The notes beneath the pieces are model-generated. The model made no database searches, was not told where the DNA came from, and was given only the letters and a program-made list of their open reading frames with translations. This document shows positions 28,201 to 41,500 of a stretch of 64,000 bases of DNA, piece after piece. The position numbers and the translations under genes are program-made. Numbering within the stretch: position 1 is the stretch's first letter; every line of letters starts with the position of its first letter. Source of the DNA: the human T2T-CHM13v2.0 reference genome, Homo sapiens. The stretch lies in NCBI RefSeq assembly GCF_009914755.1, contig NC_060937.1; one strand, given 5' to 3'.

Positions 28201-31200
28201 TATTAAGAAAAGAGTGTTTAAAAACTGCTCTATGAAAAGGTATGTTAAATTCTGTGAGTTGAATACAAACATCACAAAGAAGTTTCTGAGAACGTTTCTG
28301 CCTGGATTTTATGTGAAGATATTCCCTTTTCTACCATAGGCCTCGAAGCTCTCCAAATGTCCACTTGCAGATTCTACAAAAAGAATGTTTCAAAACAGCT
28401 GTATCAAAAGAAAGTTTCAATTCTGTGAGTTGAATGCACACATCACAAAGAACTTTCTGATAATGCTTCTGTCTAGTGTTTATGTGAAGATAATCCCGTT
28501 TCCAACGAAGGCCTCAAAGCAATCTAACTGTCCACACGCAGATTCTACAAAAAGAGTGTTTCAAAACTGCTCTATGAAAAGGTATGTTCAAATCTGTGAG
28601 TTTAATGCACACATCACAAAGAAGTTTCTGAGAATTCTTCTGTCTAATTTTTGTGTGAAGATATTCCCGTTTCCAATGAAGGCCTCAAAGCAGTCCAAAT
28701 ATCCACTTGCAGATACTAAGTAAATAGTGTTTCAAAACTGCTCTATGAAAAGGTATGTTCAAATCCGTGAGTTGAATGCAAACATCACAAAGAAGTTTCT
28801 GAGAATGCTTCTGTGTTGTTTTTCTGTGAATATATTTCCTTTCCCACCATAGGCCTCAAAGCTCTCTAAGTGTTCACTTGCAGATTCTACGAAAAGAGTG
28901 TTTCAAAAATGCTCTATGAAAAAATATATTCAACTCTGTGAGGTAAATGCAAACATCACAAAGAAGTTTCTGAGAATGCTTCTATTTTTTATCTGAAGAT
29001 ATTTCATTTTCTACCATAGGCCTCAAAGCTCTCCAAATGTCCACTTGCGGATTCTACAAAAACAGTGTTTCAAATCTGCTCTATGAAGAGAAAGGTTAAA
29101 CTCTGTGAGTTGAATGCACACGTCACAAAGAAGTTTCTGAGAAACCTTCTGTTTAGTTTGTATGTGTTGGTATTCCCGTTTTCAACGAAGGCCCCAAAGC
29201 AGTCCAAATATCCATTTGCACAATCAACGTAAAGAGTGTTTCAAAACTGCTCTATGAAAAGGGATCTTCAACTCTGGGAGTTGAATGAAAACATCACAAA
29301 GCAGTTTCTTAGTATGCTACTGTGTGGTTTTTATGTGAAGATATTACCTTTTTCACCATAGGCCTCAAAGTTTCCAAATGTCCACTTGTAGATACTACAA
29401 AAAGAGTGCTTCTGATCTGCTCTATCAAAAGAAAGGTTCAATTCTGTTAGTTGAGTGCACACATCACAAAGAAGTTTCTGAGAATCCTTCTGTCTAGTTT
29501 TTACTTGAAGATATTCCCGTTTCCAGCGATGGCCTCAAAACAGTCCAAATATACACTTGCAGATTCATGTAAAAAAGTGTTTCAAAACAGCTCTAAGAAA
29601 AGGTATGTTCAAATATGAGAGTTGAATGCAAACACAACAAAGAAGTTTCTGAGAATGCTTCTGTCTAATTTTTAGGTGAAGATATTTCCTTTCCACCATT
29701 GGCCTCTGCGCTCTCCTAATGTCCACTTGTAGATACTGCAAAGTGAGTGTTTCAAAACTGCTTTATCAAAAAAAAGTTCGACTCTGTGAGTTGAATGCAC
29801 ACATCACAAAGAAGTTTCTGAGAATGCTTCTTTCTATTTTTTATGTGTAGATATTGATGTTTCCAACGAAGGCCTCAAAGCAGTACAAATATCCACTTGC
29901 AGATTCTATGAAAAGAGTTTTTCAAAAGTGCTATATGAAAAGGTATGTTCAACTCTGTGAGTTGAAAGCAAACATCACAAAGAAGTTTCTGAGAATGCTT
30001 CTGTCTAGTTCATATGAGAAGATATTTCCTTTTCCATCATAGGCCTTAAAGGTCTCCAAATTTCCACTTTCAGATTCTACGAAAATAGTGTTTCAAAACT
30101 GCTCTATGAAAAGCTACGTTCAACTATGTGATTTGAATGCACACATGACAAAGAAGTTTCTGAGAATGCTTCTGTCTAGTTTTTATGTGAAGTTACTCCT
30201 GTTTCCAAAGAAGGCCTCAAAGCACTCCAAATATCCACATGCACAAACTACGAAAAGAGTGCTTCAAAACTGCTCAAAGAAAACATGTGTTCAAATCGGT
30301 GAGTTGAATGAAAACATCACAAAGAAGTTTCTCAGTATTCTTCTGTCTAATTTTTTTGTGAAGATATTTCCTTTCCACCATAGGCCTCAATTCTCTCCAA
30401 ATGTCCACTTGTAGATCCTGGAAAATGAGTGTTTCAAAACTACTCTATCAAAAGAAAGGTTCAACTCTGTGAGTTGAATGCACACATCACAAAGCAGTTT
30501 CTGAGAATGCTTCTGTCTAGTTTTTCTGTGAAGATATTCCCGTTTTGCCTCACAGCAGTCCAAATATCCACTTGCAGATACTACGAAAAAAGTGTTTCAA
30601 AACTGCTCTATGAAAAGGTATGTTCAACTCTGTGAGTTGAATGCAAACATCAAAAAAATTTCTGAGAATGCTTCGGTCTACTTTTTATGTGAAGATATTT
30701 CATTTTGACCACAGGCCTCAAATCTCTCCAAATGTGCACTTACAGATTCTACAAATTGAGTGTTTCAAAACTGCTCTATCAAAGGAAAGGTTCAACTCTG
30801 TGAATTGAATGCACACATCACAAAGAAGTTTCTGAGCATGCTTCTGTGTAGTTTTTATGTGAAGATATTCCTGTTTCCAACAAAGGTTTCAAAGCAGTCC
30901 AAATATCCACTTGCAGATTCTGCTATACGAGTGTTTCAAAACTGCTCTATGAGAAGGTATGTTCAAATCTGTGAGTTGAATGCAAACACCACAAAGAAGT
31001 TTCTGAGAATGCTTCTGTCTAGTTTTTATGTGAAGATATTGCCGTTTCCAATGAAGGCCTCAAATCAGTCCAAATATCCACTTGCAGAATCTACGTAGGG
31101 AGTGTTTCCAAAATGCTCTATGAAAAGGTATGTTCAACTCTGTGAGCTTAATGCAATCATCACAAACATGTTTCTGAGAATTCTTCTGTATGGTTTTTAT

Positions 31201-32459
31201 GTGAAGATATTTCCTTTTCCATCATAGGCCTCAAAGATCTCCAAATGTCCACTTGCAGATTCCACAAGAAGAGTGTTTTAAAACTGATGTATCTGAAGAA
31301 ATTTTCAACTCTGTGAGTTGAATGCAGACATCACAAAGTAGTTTCTGAGAATCCTTGTGTCTAGTTTTTATATGAAAATATTTACTTTTCTAACATAGGT
31401 CCCAAATTTCTCCAAATATCCACTTGCAGATTCTACAAACAGAGTGTTTCAAAAATGCTCTATGAAAAGGAAGATTCAACTCTGTGAGTTGAATGGACAC
31501 ATCACAAAGTAGTTTCTGAGAATGCTTCTGTCTGGATTTTATTTATACGTATTCCTGTTTCCAACAAAGGCCTCAAATCAGACAAAATAACAACTTGCAG
31601 AATCTACGAAAAGAGTGTTTCAAAACTCCTCTAGGTAAAGGTATGTTCAACGCTGTGTGTTGAATGGAAACAGCACAAAGAAATTCCTGAGAATGCTTCT
31701 GTCTAGTTTTTATGTGAAGATATTCCCTTTTCCACCATAGGCTTCAAAGCTCTCCAAATGTCCACTTGCAGATTCCACAAAAACAGTGTTTCAAAACTGC
31801 TCTATCAAAAGAAAGGTTCAAATCTGTAAGTTGAATGCAGACATAACAAAGAAGTTGCAGAGAATGCTTCTGTCTAGTTTTTATGTGTAGATATTCCCCT
31901 TTCCAACGAAGGCCTCAAAGCAGTCCAAATATCCACTTGCAGATCCTACGAAAAGAGTGTTTCAAAACTGCTCTATGAAAACTTATGTTCAACACTGTGA
32001 GGTGAATGCAAACAACTCAAAGAAGTTTCTGAGACTGCTTCTGTCTGGTTTTTATGTGAAGGTATTTCCTTTTCCACCGTAGGCCTCAAAGCTTTCAAAG
32101 TGTTCACTTGCAGATTTTACAAAGAGTGTCTAAAACTGCTCTATCAAAAGAAAGGTTCAACTCTTTGAGTAGAATGCACACATCACAAAGAAGTTTCTCA
32201 GAATGCCTCTGTCTAGTTTTCATGTGAAAATATTCCCAATTCCTAAGAAGGCCTCTAAGCTTTCCAAATATCCACTTGCGGATTCTACCAAAAGAGCATT
32301 TCAAAACTTCTCTATGAAAAGGTATGTCAAACTCTATTAGTTGAATGCAGACATCACAAAGAAGTTTCTGAGAATGCTTCTGTCTAGTTTTTATGTGAAG
32401 ATATTTCCTTCTCCACCATAGGCCTCAAAGAACTCCAAGTGTCCACGTGCAGATTCTAC
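25232..32459 (-). repeat. Alpha satellite, irregular A/B-box monomers (SF5/R1-R2-like), divergent
   Basis: Irregular alternation of TTTCCTTTTCCACCATAGG (A box) and TTCCCGTTTCCAA(C/T)GAAGG (B box) monomers. Intact CENP-B cores at ~25259, 27811, 28495 and 29175. Family assignment is inferred from the irregular A/B pattern. Confidence 0.93.
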
Positions 32460-35135
32460 GAAAATAGTGTTTCAAAACTGCTCTATGGAAAGTTATTTTC
32501 AACTCTGTGAGTTGAATGCAAATATCACAAAGATGTTTTTGAGAATGCTTCTGTCCAGTTTTTATGTGAAGATATTTCCTTTTCCACTGTAGGCCTCAAA
32601 GCTCTCTTGGCTTTGCACTTGCAGATTCTACAAAAAGAATGTTTCAAACTGCTCCTTCAAAAGAGTGGTTCAGCTCTGTGAGTTGAATGGCCTCATCACA
32701 AAGAAGTTTCTGAGAATGCTTCTGTCTAATTTTTATGTTAAGATATTTCTGTTTCCACTGAAGGCCTCAAAGCAGTCCAAATATCCCCTTGCAGATACTA
32801 CGAAAAGAGTTTTTCAAAACTGCGCTATGAAAAGGTATTTCATCTCTGTGAGTTGAATGCAAACATCACAAAGAAGTTTCTGAAAATGCTTCTGTCTTCT
32901 TTTTATGTGAAGGTATATCATTTTCCACCATAGGCCTCAAAGCTTCCCAAATGTCCACTTGCAGATTCTACAAAAAGTCTGTTTCAAAACTGCTCTATCA
33001 AAACAAAAGTTCAACTCTCTGAGTTGAATGCACATATCACAAAGAAGTTTCTGAGAGTTCTTCTTTCTAGATTTTATGTGAAGGTATTCCCGTTTCCAAC
33101 AAAGGCCTCAAATCAGTCCAAATATCCACTTGTGGATTCTACGAAAAGAGTGTTTCAAAACTGCTCTATGAAAAGGTATGTTCAACTCTGTGAGTTGAAT
33201 GCAAACATCACAGAGGAGATTCTGAGAATGCTTCTGTCCAGTTTTTATGTGGAGATATTTCCTTTTCCACCATAGGCCTCAAAGCTCTCCAAATGACCAC
33301 TTGCAGATGCTACAAAAACAGTGTTTCAAAACTGTTCTATGAAAATAAAGGTTAACACTATGAGTTGAATGCAAACATCGCAAAGAAGTTTCTGAAAATG
33401 CATCTGTCTGGTTTTTATGTGAAGGTATATCATTTTCCACCATAGGCTTCAAAGCTTCCCAAATGTCCACTTGCAGATTCTGCAAAAAGTCTGTTTCAAA
33501 ACTGCTCTATCAAAAGAAAAGTTCAACTCTCTGAGTTGAATGCACACATCACAAAGAAGTTTCTGAGAATTCTTCTTTCTAGTTTTTATATGAAGATATT
33601 CCCGTGTCCAACAAAGGCCTCAAATCAGTCCAAATATCCACTGGCAGATTCTACGAAGAGTGTTTCAAAACTGCTCTATGAAAAGGGACGTTCAACTCTG
33701 TGAGTTCAATGCAAACATCACAGCGGAGATTCTGAAAATGCTTCTGTCCTGTTTTTATGTGAAGATATTTCTTTTTCCACCATAGGCCTCAAAGCTCTCC
33801 AAATGACCACTTGCAGATGCTACAAAAACAGTGTTTCAAAACTGCCCTATCAAAATAAAGGTTAACACAGTGAGTTGAATGCAATCATCACAAAGTAGTT
33901 GCTGAGAATGCTTCTGTCTCGTTTTCATGTGAAGATATTGTCGTTTACAATGAAGGCCTCAAAGCATTCCAAATATACACTTGCAGATTCTACGAAAAGA
34001 GTGCTTCAAAACTGCTCTATGAAAAGGTGTGTTCAACTCTGTGAGTTGAATGCAAACGTCACAAAGAAGTTTCTGAGAATCTTTGTGTCTGGTTTTTATG
34101 TGAAGATATTTCCTTTTCCACCATAGGCCTCAAAGCTCTCCAAATGTCCACTGGCAGATTCTACAAAAACGGTTTTTCAAAACTGCTCTATCAATAGAAA
34201 GCTTCAACTCTGAGAGTTGAATTCACACATCACAAAGAAGTTTCTGAGAATGCTTCCGTCTAGTTTTTATGTGAAGATATTCCTCTTTCCAACGAAGGCC
34301 TCAAAGCAGTCCAAATATCCATTTGCAGATCCTACGAAAAGAGTGTTTCAAAACTGCTCTATGAAAAGGTATGTTCAACTCTGTGAGTTGAATGCAAACG
34401 TCACAAACAAGTTTCTGAGAATGCTTCTGTCTAGTTTTTATGTGAAGATATTTCCTTCTCCACCACAGGCCTCGAAGCTCTGAAAATTTCCACATGCAGA
34501 TTCTAAAAAAACAGTGCTTCAAAACAGCTCTATCAAAAGAAAGGTTCAGCTCTGTGAGTTGAATGCACACATCACAAAGAAGGCTCTGAGAATGCTTCTC
34601 TCTAGTTTTTATGTGAAGATATTCCCGTTTACAAAGAAGGCCTCAAAGCACTCAATATATCCACTTGCAGATTCTAAAAAAACAGTGCTTCAAAACAGCT
34701 CTATCAATAGAAAGGTTCAGCTCTGTGAGTTGAATGCACACATCACAAAGAAGGCTCTGAGAATGCTTCTCTCTAGTTTTTATGTGAAGATATTCCCGTT
34801 TACAAAGAAGGCCTCAAAGCACTCCATATATCCACTTGCAGATTCTACAAAAAGAGTGTTTCAAAACTGCTCTGTGAAAAGGTATGTTCAACTCTGTGGG
34901 TTGAATGCAAACAATACAAAGAAGTTTCTGAGAATGCTTCCATCTGGTTTTTATGTGAAGGTATTTCCTTTTCCACCACAGACCTCAAAGCTTTCCAAAT
35001 GTCCACTTGCAGATTCTACAAAAAGAGTGTTTAAAAACTGCTCTATCAAAAGGAAGATTCAACTCTTTGTGTTGAATGTGCAGATCACAAAGAAGTTTCT
35101 GAGAATGCTTCTGTCTAGTTTTTATGTGGAGATAT

Positions 35136-35324
35136 ACCCGTTTCCAACGAAGGCCTCTAAGCAGTACAAATATCCACTCTGCAGATTTTGCGAAAAGAGT
35201 GTTTCCAAACTGCTCTATCAACAGAAAGGTTCAACTCTGTGAGTTGAATGCACACATCACAAAGAAATTTCCCAGAATTCTTCTGTCTAGTTCTTATGTG
35301 AAGATATTCCCGTTTCCGACGAAG
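35136..35324 (-). promoter_or_regulatory. CENP-B box pair, HOR copy 1
   Basis: ACCCGTTTCCAACGAAG at 35136 and TCCCGTTTCCGACGAAG at 35308; both keep CCCGnnTnnnnCGAA. Confidence 0.85.
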
Positions 35325-38300
35325 GCCTCAAAGCAGTCCAAATATCCACTTGCAGATTCTACGAAACGAGTGTTTCAAAACTGCTCTATGACAAGGTATG
35401 TTCAAATCTGTGAGTTGAAAGCACACATCACAAAGAACTTTCTGAGAATGCATCTGTCTAGTGTTTATGTAAAGATATTCCTGTTTCCAAAGAAAACCTA
35501 AAAGCAGTCCAAATATCCACTTGCAGATTCTACGAAAAGAGTGTTTCAAAACTCCTCTATGAAAAGGTATTTTCAACTTTGTGAGTTGAATGCAAACAGC
35601 ACAAAGAAGTTTCTCAGAATGCTTCTGTCTGGTTTTTATGTGAAGATATTTTCTTTCTCACCATAGGCCTCAAAGCTCTCCAAATGTCCACTTGCCGATT
35701 CTTCAAAAAGAGTGTTTCAAGACTGCTCTATAAAAAGAAAGGTTCAAGTCTGTGAGTTGAATGCCCACATCACAAAGAAGTTTCTGAGAATGCTTTTGTC
35801 TAGTTTTTATTTGAAGATATTCACATTTCCAACGAAGGCCTGAAAGCGTTCCAATTATCCATTTGCATATTCTACCAAAAGAGTTTTCCTAAACTGCTCT
35901 ATGAAAAGGTATGTCCATCTCTGTGAGTTGAATGCAAACATAACAAAGTAGGTACTGAGAATGTTTCCGTCTACTTTTCATGGAAGGTATTTCCATTTCC
36001 ACCATATGCTTCAAAAGTCTCCAAATGTCCACTTGCAGATTCTATAAAAACAGTGTTTCAAAACTGCTCTATCAAAAGAAAGGTTCAACTCTCTGAGTTG
36101 AATGCCCACATCACAAAGGTGTTTCTGAGAATGCTTCTGTCTAATTTTTATGTTAAGATATTTCTGTTTCCACTGAAGGCCTCAAAGCAGTCCAAATATC
36201 CCCTTGCAGATACTACGAAAAGAGTTTTTCAAAACTGCGCTATGAAAAGGTATTTCATCTCTGTGAGTTGAATGCAAACATCACAAAGAAGTTTCTGAAA
36301 ATGCTTCTGTCTTCTTTTTATGTGAAGGTATATCATTTTCCACCATAGGCCTCAAAGCTTCCCAAATGTCCACTTGCAGATTCTACAAAAGTCTGTTTCA
36401 AAACTGCTCTATCAAAACAAAAGTTCAACTCTCTGAGTTGAATGCACATATCACAAAGAAGTTTCTGAGAATTCTTCTTTCTAGATTTTATGTGAAGGTA
36501 TTCCCGTTTCCAACAAAGGCCTCAAATCAGTCCAAATATCCACTTGTGGATTCTACGAAAAGAGTGTTTCAAAACTGCTCTATGAAAAGGTATGTTCAAC
36601 TCTGTGAGTTGAATGCAAACATCACAGAGGAGATTCTGAGAATGCTTCTGTCCAGTTTTTATGTGGAGATATTTCCTTTTCCACCATAGGCCTCAAAGCT
36701 CTCCAAATGACCACTTGCAGATGCTACAAAAACAGTGTTTCAAAACTGTTCTATGAAAATAAAGGTTAACACTGTGAGTTGAATGCAAACATCGCAAAGA
36801 AGTTTCTGAAAATGCTTCTGTCTGGTTTTTATGTGAAGGTATATCATTTTCCACCATAGGCCTCAAAGCTTCCCAAATGTCCACTTGCAGATTCTGCAAA
36901 AAGTCTGTTTCAAAACTGCTCTATCAAAAGAAAAGTTCAACTCTCTGAGTTGAATGCACACATCACAAAGAAGTTTCTGAGAATTCTTCTTTCTAGTTTT
37001 TATATGAAGATATTCCCGTGTCCAACAAAGGCCTCCAATCAGTCCAAATATCCACTGGCAGATTCTACGAAGAGTGTTTCAAAACTGCTCTATGAAAAGG
37101 GACGTTCAACTCTGTGAGTTCAATGCAAACATCACAGCGGAGATTCTGAAAATGCTTCTGTCCTGTTTCTTTGTGAAGTTATTTACTTTTGCACCATAGG
37201 CCTCGAAGCTCTCCAAATGACCACTTGCAGATGCTACAAAAACAGTGTTTCAAAACTGCCCTATCAAAATAAAGGTTAACACAGTGAGTTGAATGCAATC
37301 ATCACAAAGTAGTTGCTGAGAATGCTTCTGTCTCGTTTTTATGTGAAGATATTCTCGTTTACAATGAAGGCCTCAAAGCATTCCAAATATACACTTGCAG
37401 ATTCTTCGAAAATACTGCTTCAAAACTGCTCTATGAAGAGGTGTGTTCAACTCTGTGAGTTGAATGCAAACGTCACAAAGAAGTTTCTGAGAATCTTTGT
37501 GTCTGGTTTTTATGTGAAGATATTTCCTTTTCCACCGTAGGCCTCCAAGCTCTCCAAATATCCACTGGCAGATTCTACAAAAACGGTTTTTCAAAACTGC
37601 TCTATCAATAGAAAGCTTCAACTCTGTGAGTTGAAATCACACATCACAAAGAAGTTTCTGAGAATGCTTCCGTCTAGTTTTTATGTGAAGATATTCCTCT
37701 TTCCAACGAAGGCCTCAAAGCAGTCCAAATATCCATTTGCAGATCCTACGAAAAGAGTGTTTCAAAACTGCTCTATGAAAAGGTATGTTCAACTCTGTGA
37801 GTTGAATGCAAACGTCACAAACAAGTTTCTGAGAATGCTTCTGTCTAGTTTCTATGTGAAGATATTTCCTTCTCCACCACAGGCCTCGAAGCTCTGAAAA
37901 TTTCCACATGCAGATTCTAAAAAAACAGTGCTTCAAAACAGCTCTATCAAAAGAAAGGTTCAGCTCTGTGAGTTGAATGCACACATCACAAAGAAGGCTC
38001 TGAGAATGCTTCTCTCTAGTTTTTATGTGAAGATATTCCCGTTTACAAAGAAGGCCTCAAAGCACTCCATATATCCACTTGCAGATTCTACAAAAAGAGT
38101 GTTTCAAAACTGCTCTGTGAAAAGGTATGTTCAACTCTGTGGGTTGAATGCAAACAATACAAAGAAGTTTCTGAGAATGCTTCCATCTGGTTTTTATGTG
38201 AAGGTATTTCCTTTTCCACCACAGGCCTCAAAGCTTGCCAAATGTCCACTTGCAGATTCTACAAAAAGAGTGTTTAAAAACTGCTCTATCAAAAGGAAGA

Positions 38301-38378
38301 TTCAACTCTTTGTGTTGAATGTGCAGATCACAAAGAAGTTTCTGAGAATGCTTCTGTCTAGTTTTTATGTGGAGATAT

Positions 38379-38567
38379 TCCCGTTTCCAACGAAGACCTC
38401 TAAGCAGTACAAATATCCACTCTGCAGATTTTGCGAAAAGAGTGTTTCCAAACTGCTCTATCAACAGAAAGGTTCAACTCTGTGAGTTGAATGCACACAT
38501 CACAGAGAAATTTCCCAGAATTCTTCTGTCTAGTTCTTATGTGAAGATATTCCCGTTTCCGACGAAG
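38379..38567 (-). promoter_or_regulatory. CENP-B box pair, HOR copy 2
   Basis: TCCCGTTTCCAACGAAG at 38379 and TCCCGTTTCCGACGAAG at 38551. Confidence 0.88.
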
Positions 38568-41500
38568 GCCTCAAAGCAGTCCAAATATCCACTTGCAGAT
38601 TCTACGAAACGAGTGTTTCAAAACTGCTCTATGACAAGGTATGTTCAAATCTGTGAGTTGAAAGCACACATCACAAAGAACTTTCTGAGAATGCATCTGT
38701 CTAGTGTTTATGTAAAGATATTCCTGTTTCCAAAGAAAACCTAAAAGCAGTCCAAATATCCACTTGCAGATTCTACGAAAAGAGTGTTTCAAAACTCCTC
38801 TATGAAAAGGTATTTTCAACTTTGTGAGTTGAATGCAAACAGCACAAAGAAGTTTCTCAGAATGCTTCTGTCTGGTTTTTATGTGAAGATATTTTCTTTC
38901 TCACCATAGGCCTCAAAGCTCTCCAAATGTCCACTTGCCGATTCTTCAAAAAGAGTGTTTCAAGACTGCTCTATGAAAAGAAAGGTTCAAGTCTGTGAGT
39001 TGAATGTCCACATCACAAAGAAGTTTCTGAGAATGCTTTTGTCTAGTTTTTATTTGAAGATATTCACATTTCCAACGAAGGCCTGAAAGCGTTCCAATTA
39101 TCCATTTGCATATTCTACCAAAAGAGTTTTCCTAAACTGCTCTATGAAAAGGTATGTCCATCTCTGTGAGTTGAATGCAAACATAACAAAGTAGGTACTG
39201 AGAATGTTTCTGTCTAGTTTTCATGGGAAGGTATTTCCATTTCCACCATATGCTTCAAAAGTCTCCAAATGTCCACTTGCAGATTCTATAAAAACAGTGT
39301 TTCAAAACTGCTCTATCAAAAGAAAGGTTCAACTCTCTGAGTTGAATGCCCCCATCACAAAGGTGTTTCTGAGAATGCTTCTGTCTAGTTTTTATGTGAA
39401 GATATTCCCGTTTCCAACGAGGTCCTTAAAGCAGTCCAAATATCCTCTTGCAGATTCTACAAAAAGAGTGTTTCAAAACTGCTCTATGAAAAGTTATTTT
39501 CAACTCTGTGAGTTGAATGCAAATATCACAAAGATGTTTTTGAGAATGCTTCTGTCCAGTTTTTATGTGAAGATATTTCCTTTTCCACTGTAGGCCTCAA
39601 AGCTCTCTTGGCTTTGCACTTGCAGATTCTACAAAAAGAATGTTTCAAACTGCTCCTTCAAAAGAGTGGTTCAGCTCTGTGAGTTGAGTGGCCTCATCAC
39701 AAAGAAGTTTCTGAGGATGCTTCTGTCTAATTTTTATGTTAAGATATTTCTGTTTCCACTGAAGGCCTCAAAGCAGTCCAAATATCCCCTTGCAGATACT
39801 ACGAAAAGAGTTTTTCAAAACTGCGCTATGAAAAGGTATTTCATCTCTGTGAGTTGAATGCAAACATCACAAAGAAGTTTCTGAAAATGCTTCTGTCTTC
39901 TTTTTATGTGAAGGTATATCATTTTCCACCATAGGCCTCAAAGCTTCCCAAATGTCCACTTGCAGATTCTACAAAAAGTCTGTTTCAAAACTGCTCTATC
40001 AAAACAAAAGTTCAACTCTCTGAGTTGAATGCACATATCACAAAGAAGTTTCTGAGAATTCTTCTTTCTAGATTTTATGTGAAGGTATTCCCGTTTCCAA
40101 CAAAGGCCTCCAATCAGTCCAAATATCCACTGGCAGATTCTACGAAGAGTGTTTCAAAACTGCTCTATGAAAAGGTATGTTCAACTCTGTGAGTTGAATG
40201 CAAACATCACAGAGGAGATTCTGAGAATGCTTCTGTCCAGTTTTTATGTGGAGATATTTCCTTTTCCACCATAGGCCTCAAAGCTCTCCAAATGACCACT
40301 TGCAGATGCTACAAAAACAGTGTTTCAAAACTGTTCTATGAAAATAAAGGTTAACACTGTGAGTTGAATGCAAACATCGCAAAGAAGTTTCTGAAAATGC
40401 TTCTGTCTGGTTTTTATGTGAAGGTATATCATTTTCCACCATAGGCCTCAAAGCTTCCCAAATGTCCACTTGCAGATTCTGCAAAAAGTCTGTTTCAAAA
40501 CTGCTCTATCAAAAGAAAAGTTCAACTCTCTGAGTTGAATGCACACATCACAAAGAAGTTTCTGAGAATTCTTCTTTCTAGTTTTTATATGAAGATATTC
40601 CCGTGTCCAACAAAGGCCTCCAATCAGTCCAAATATCCACTGGCAGATTCTACGAAGAGTGTTTCAAAACTGCTCTATGAAAAGGGACGTTCAACTCTGT
40701 GAGTTCAATGCAAACATCACAGCGGAGATTCTGAAAATGCTTCTGTCCTGTTTCTTTGTGAAGTTATTTACTTTTGCACCATAGGCCTCGAAGCTCTCCA
40801 AATGACCACTTGCAGATGCTACAAAAACAGTGTTTCAAAACTGCCCTATCAAAATAAAGGTTAACACAGTGAGTTGAATGCAATCATCACAAAGTAGTTG
40901 CTGAGAATGCTTCTGTCTCGTTTTTATGTGAAGATATTCTCGTTTACAATGAAGGCCTCAAAGCATTCCAAATATACACTTGCAGATTCTTCGAAAATAC
41001 TGCTTCAAAACTGCTCTATGAAGAGGTGTGTTCAACTCTGTGAGTTGAATGCAAACGTCACAAAGAAGTTTCTGAGAATCTTTGTGTCTGGTTTTTATGT
41101 GAAGATATTTCCTTTTCCACCGTAGGCCTCCAAGCTCTCCAAATATCCACTGGCAGATTCTACAAAAACGGTTTTTCAAAACTGCTCTATCAATAGAAAG
41201 CTTCAACTCTGTGAGTTGAAATCACACATCACAAAGAAGTTTCTGAGAATGCTTCCGTCTAGTTTTTATGTGAAGATATTCCTCTTTCCAACGAAGGCCT
41301 CAAAGCAGTCCAAATATCCATTTGCAGATCCTACGAAAAGAGTGTTTCAAAACTGCTCTATGAAAAGGTATGTTCAACTCTGTGAGTTGAATGCAAACGT
41401 CACAAACAAGTTTCTGAGAATGCTTCTGTCTAGTTTCTATGTGAAGATATTTCCTTCTCCACCACAGGCCTCGAAGCTCTGAAAATTTCCACATGCAGAT

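Noticed and set aside
39406-39422. Third CENP-B box per unit (TCCCGTTTCCAACGAGG; also ~43162, 46918, 50164)
   Set aside because: Reads CTCG instead of TTCG on the box strand, so one of the nine core bases is lost.
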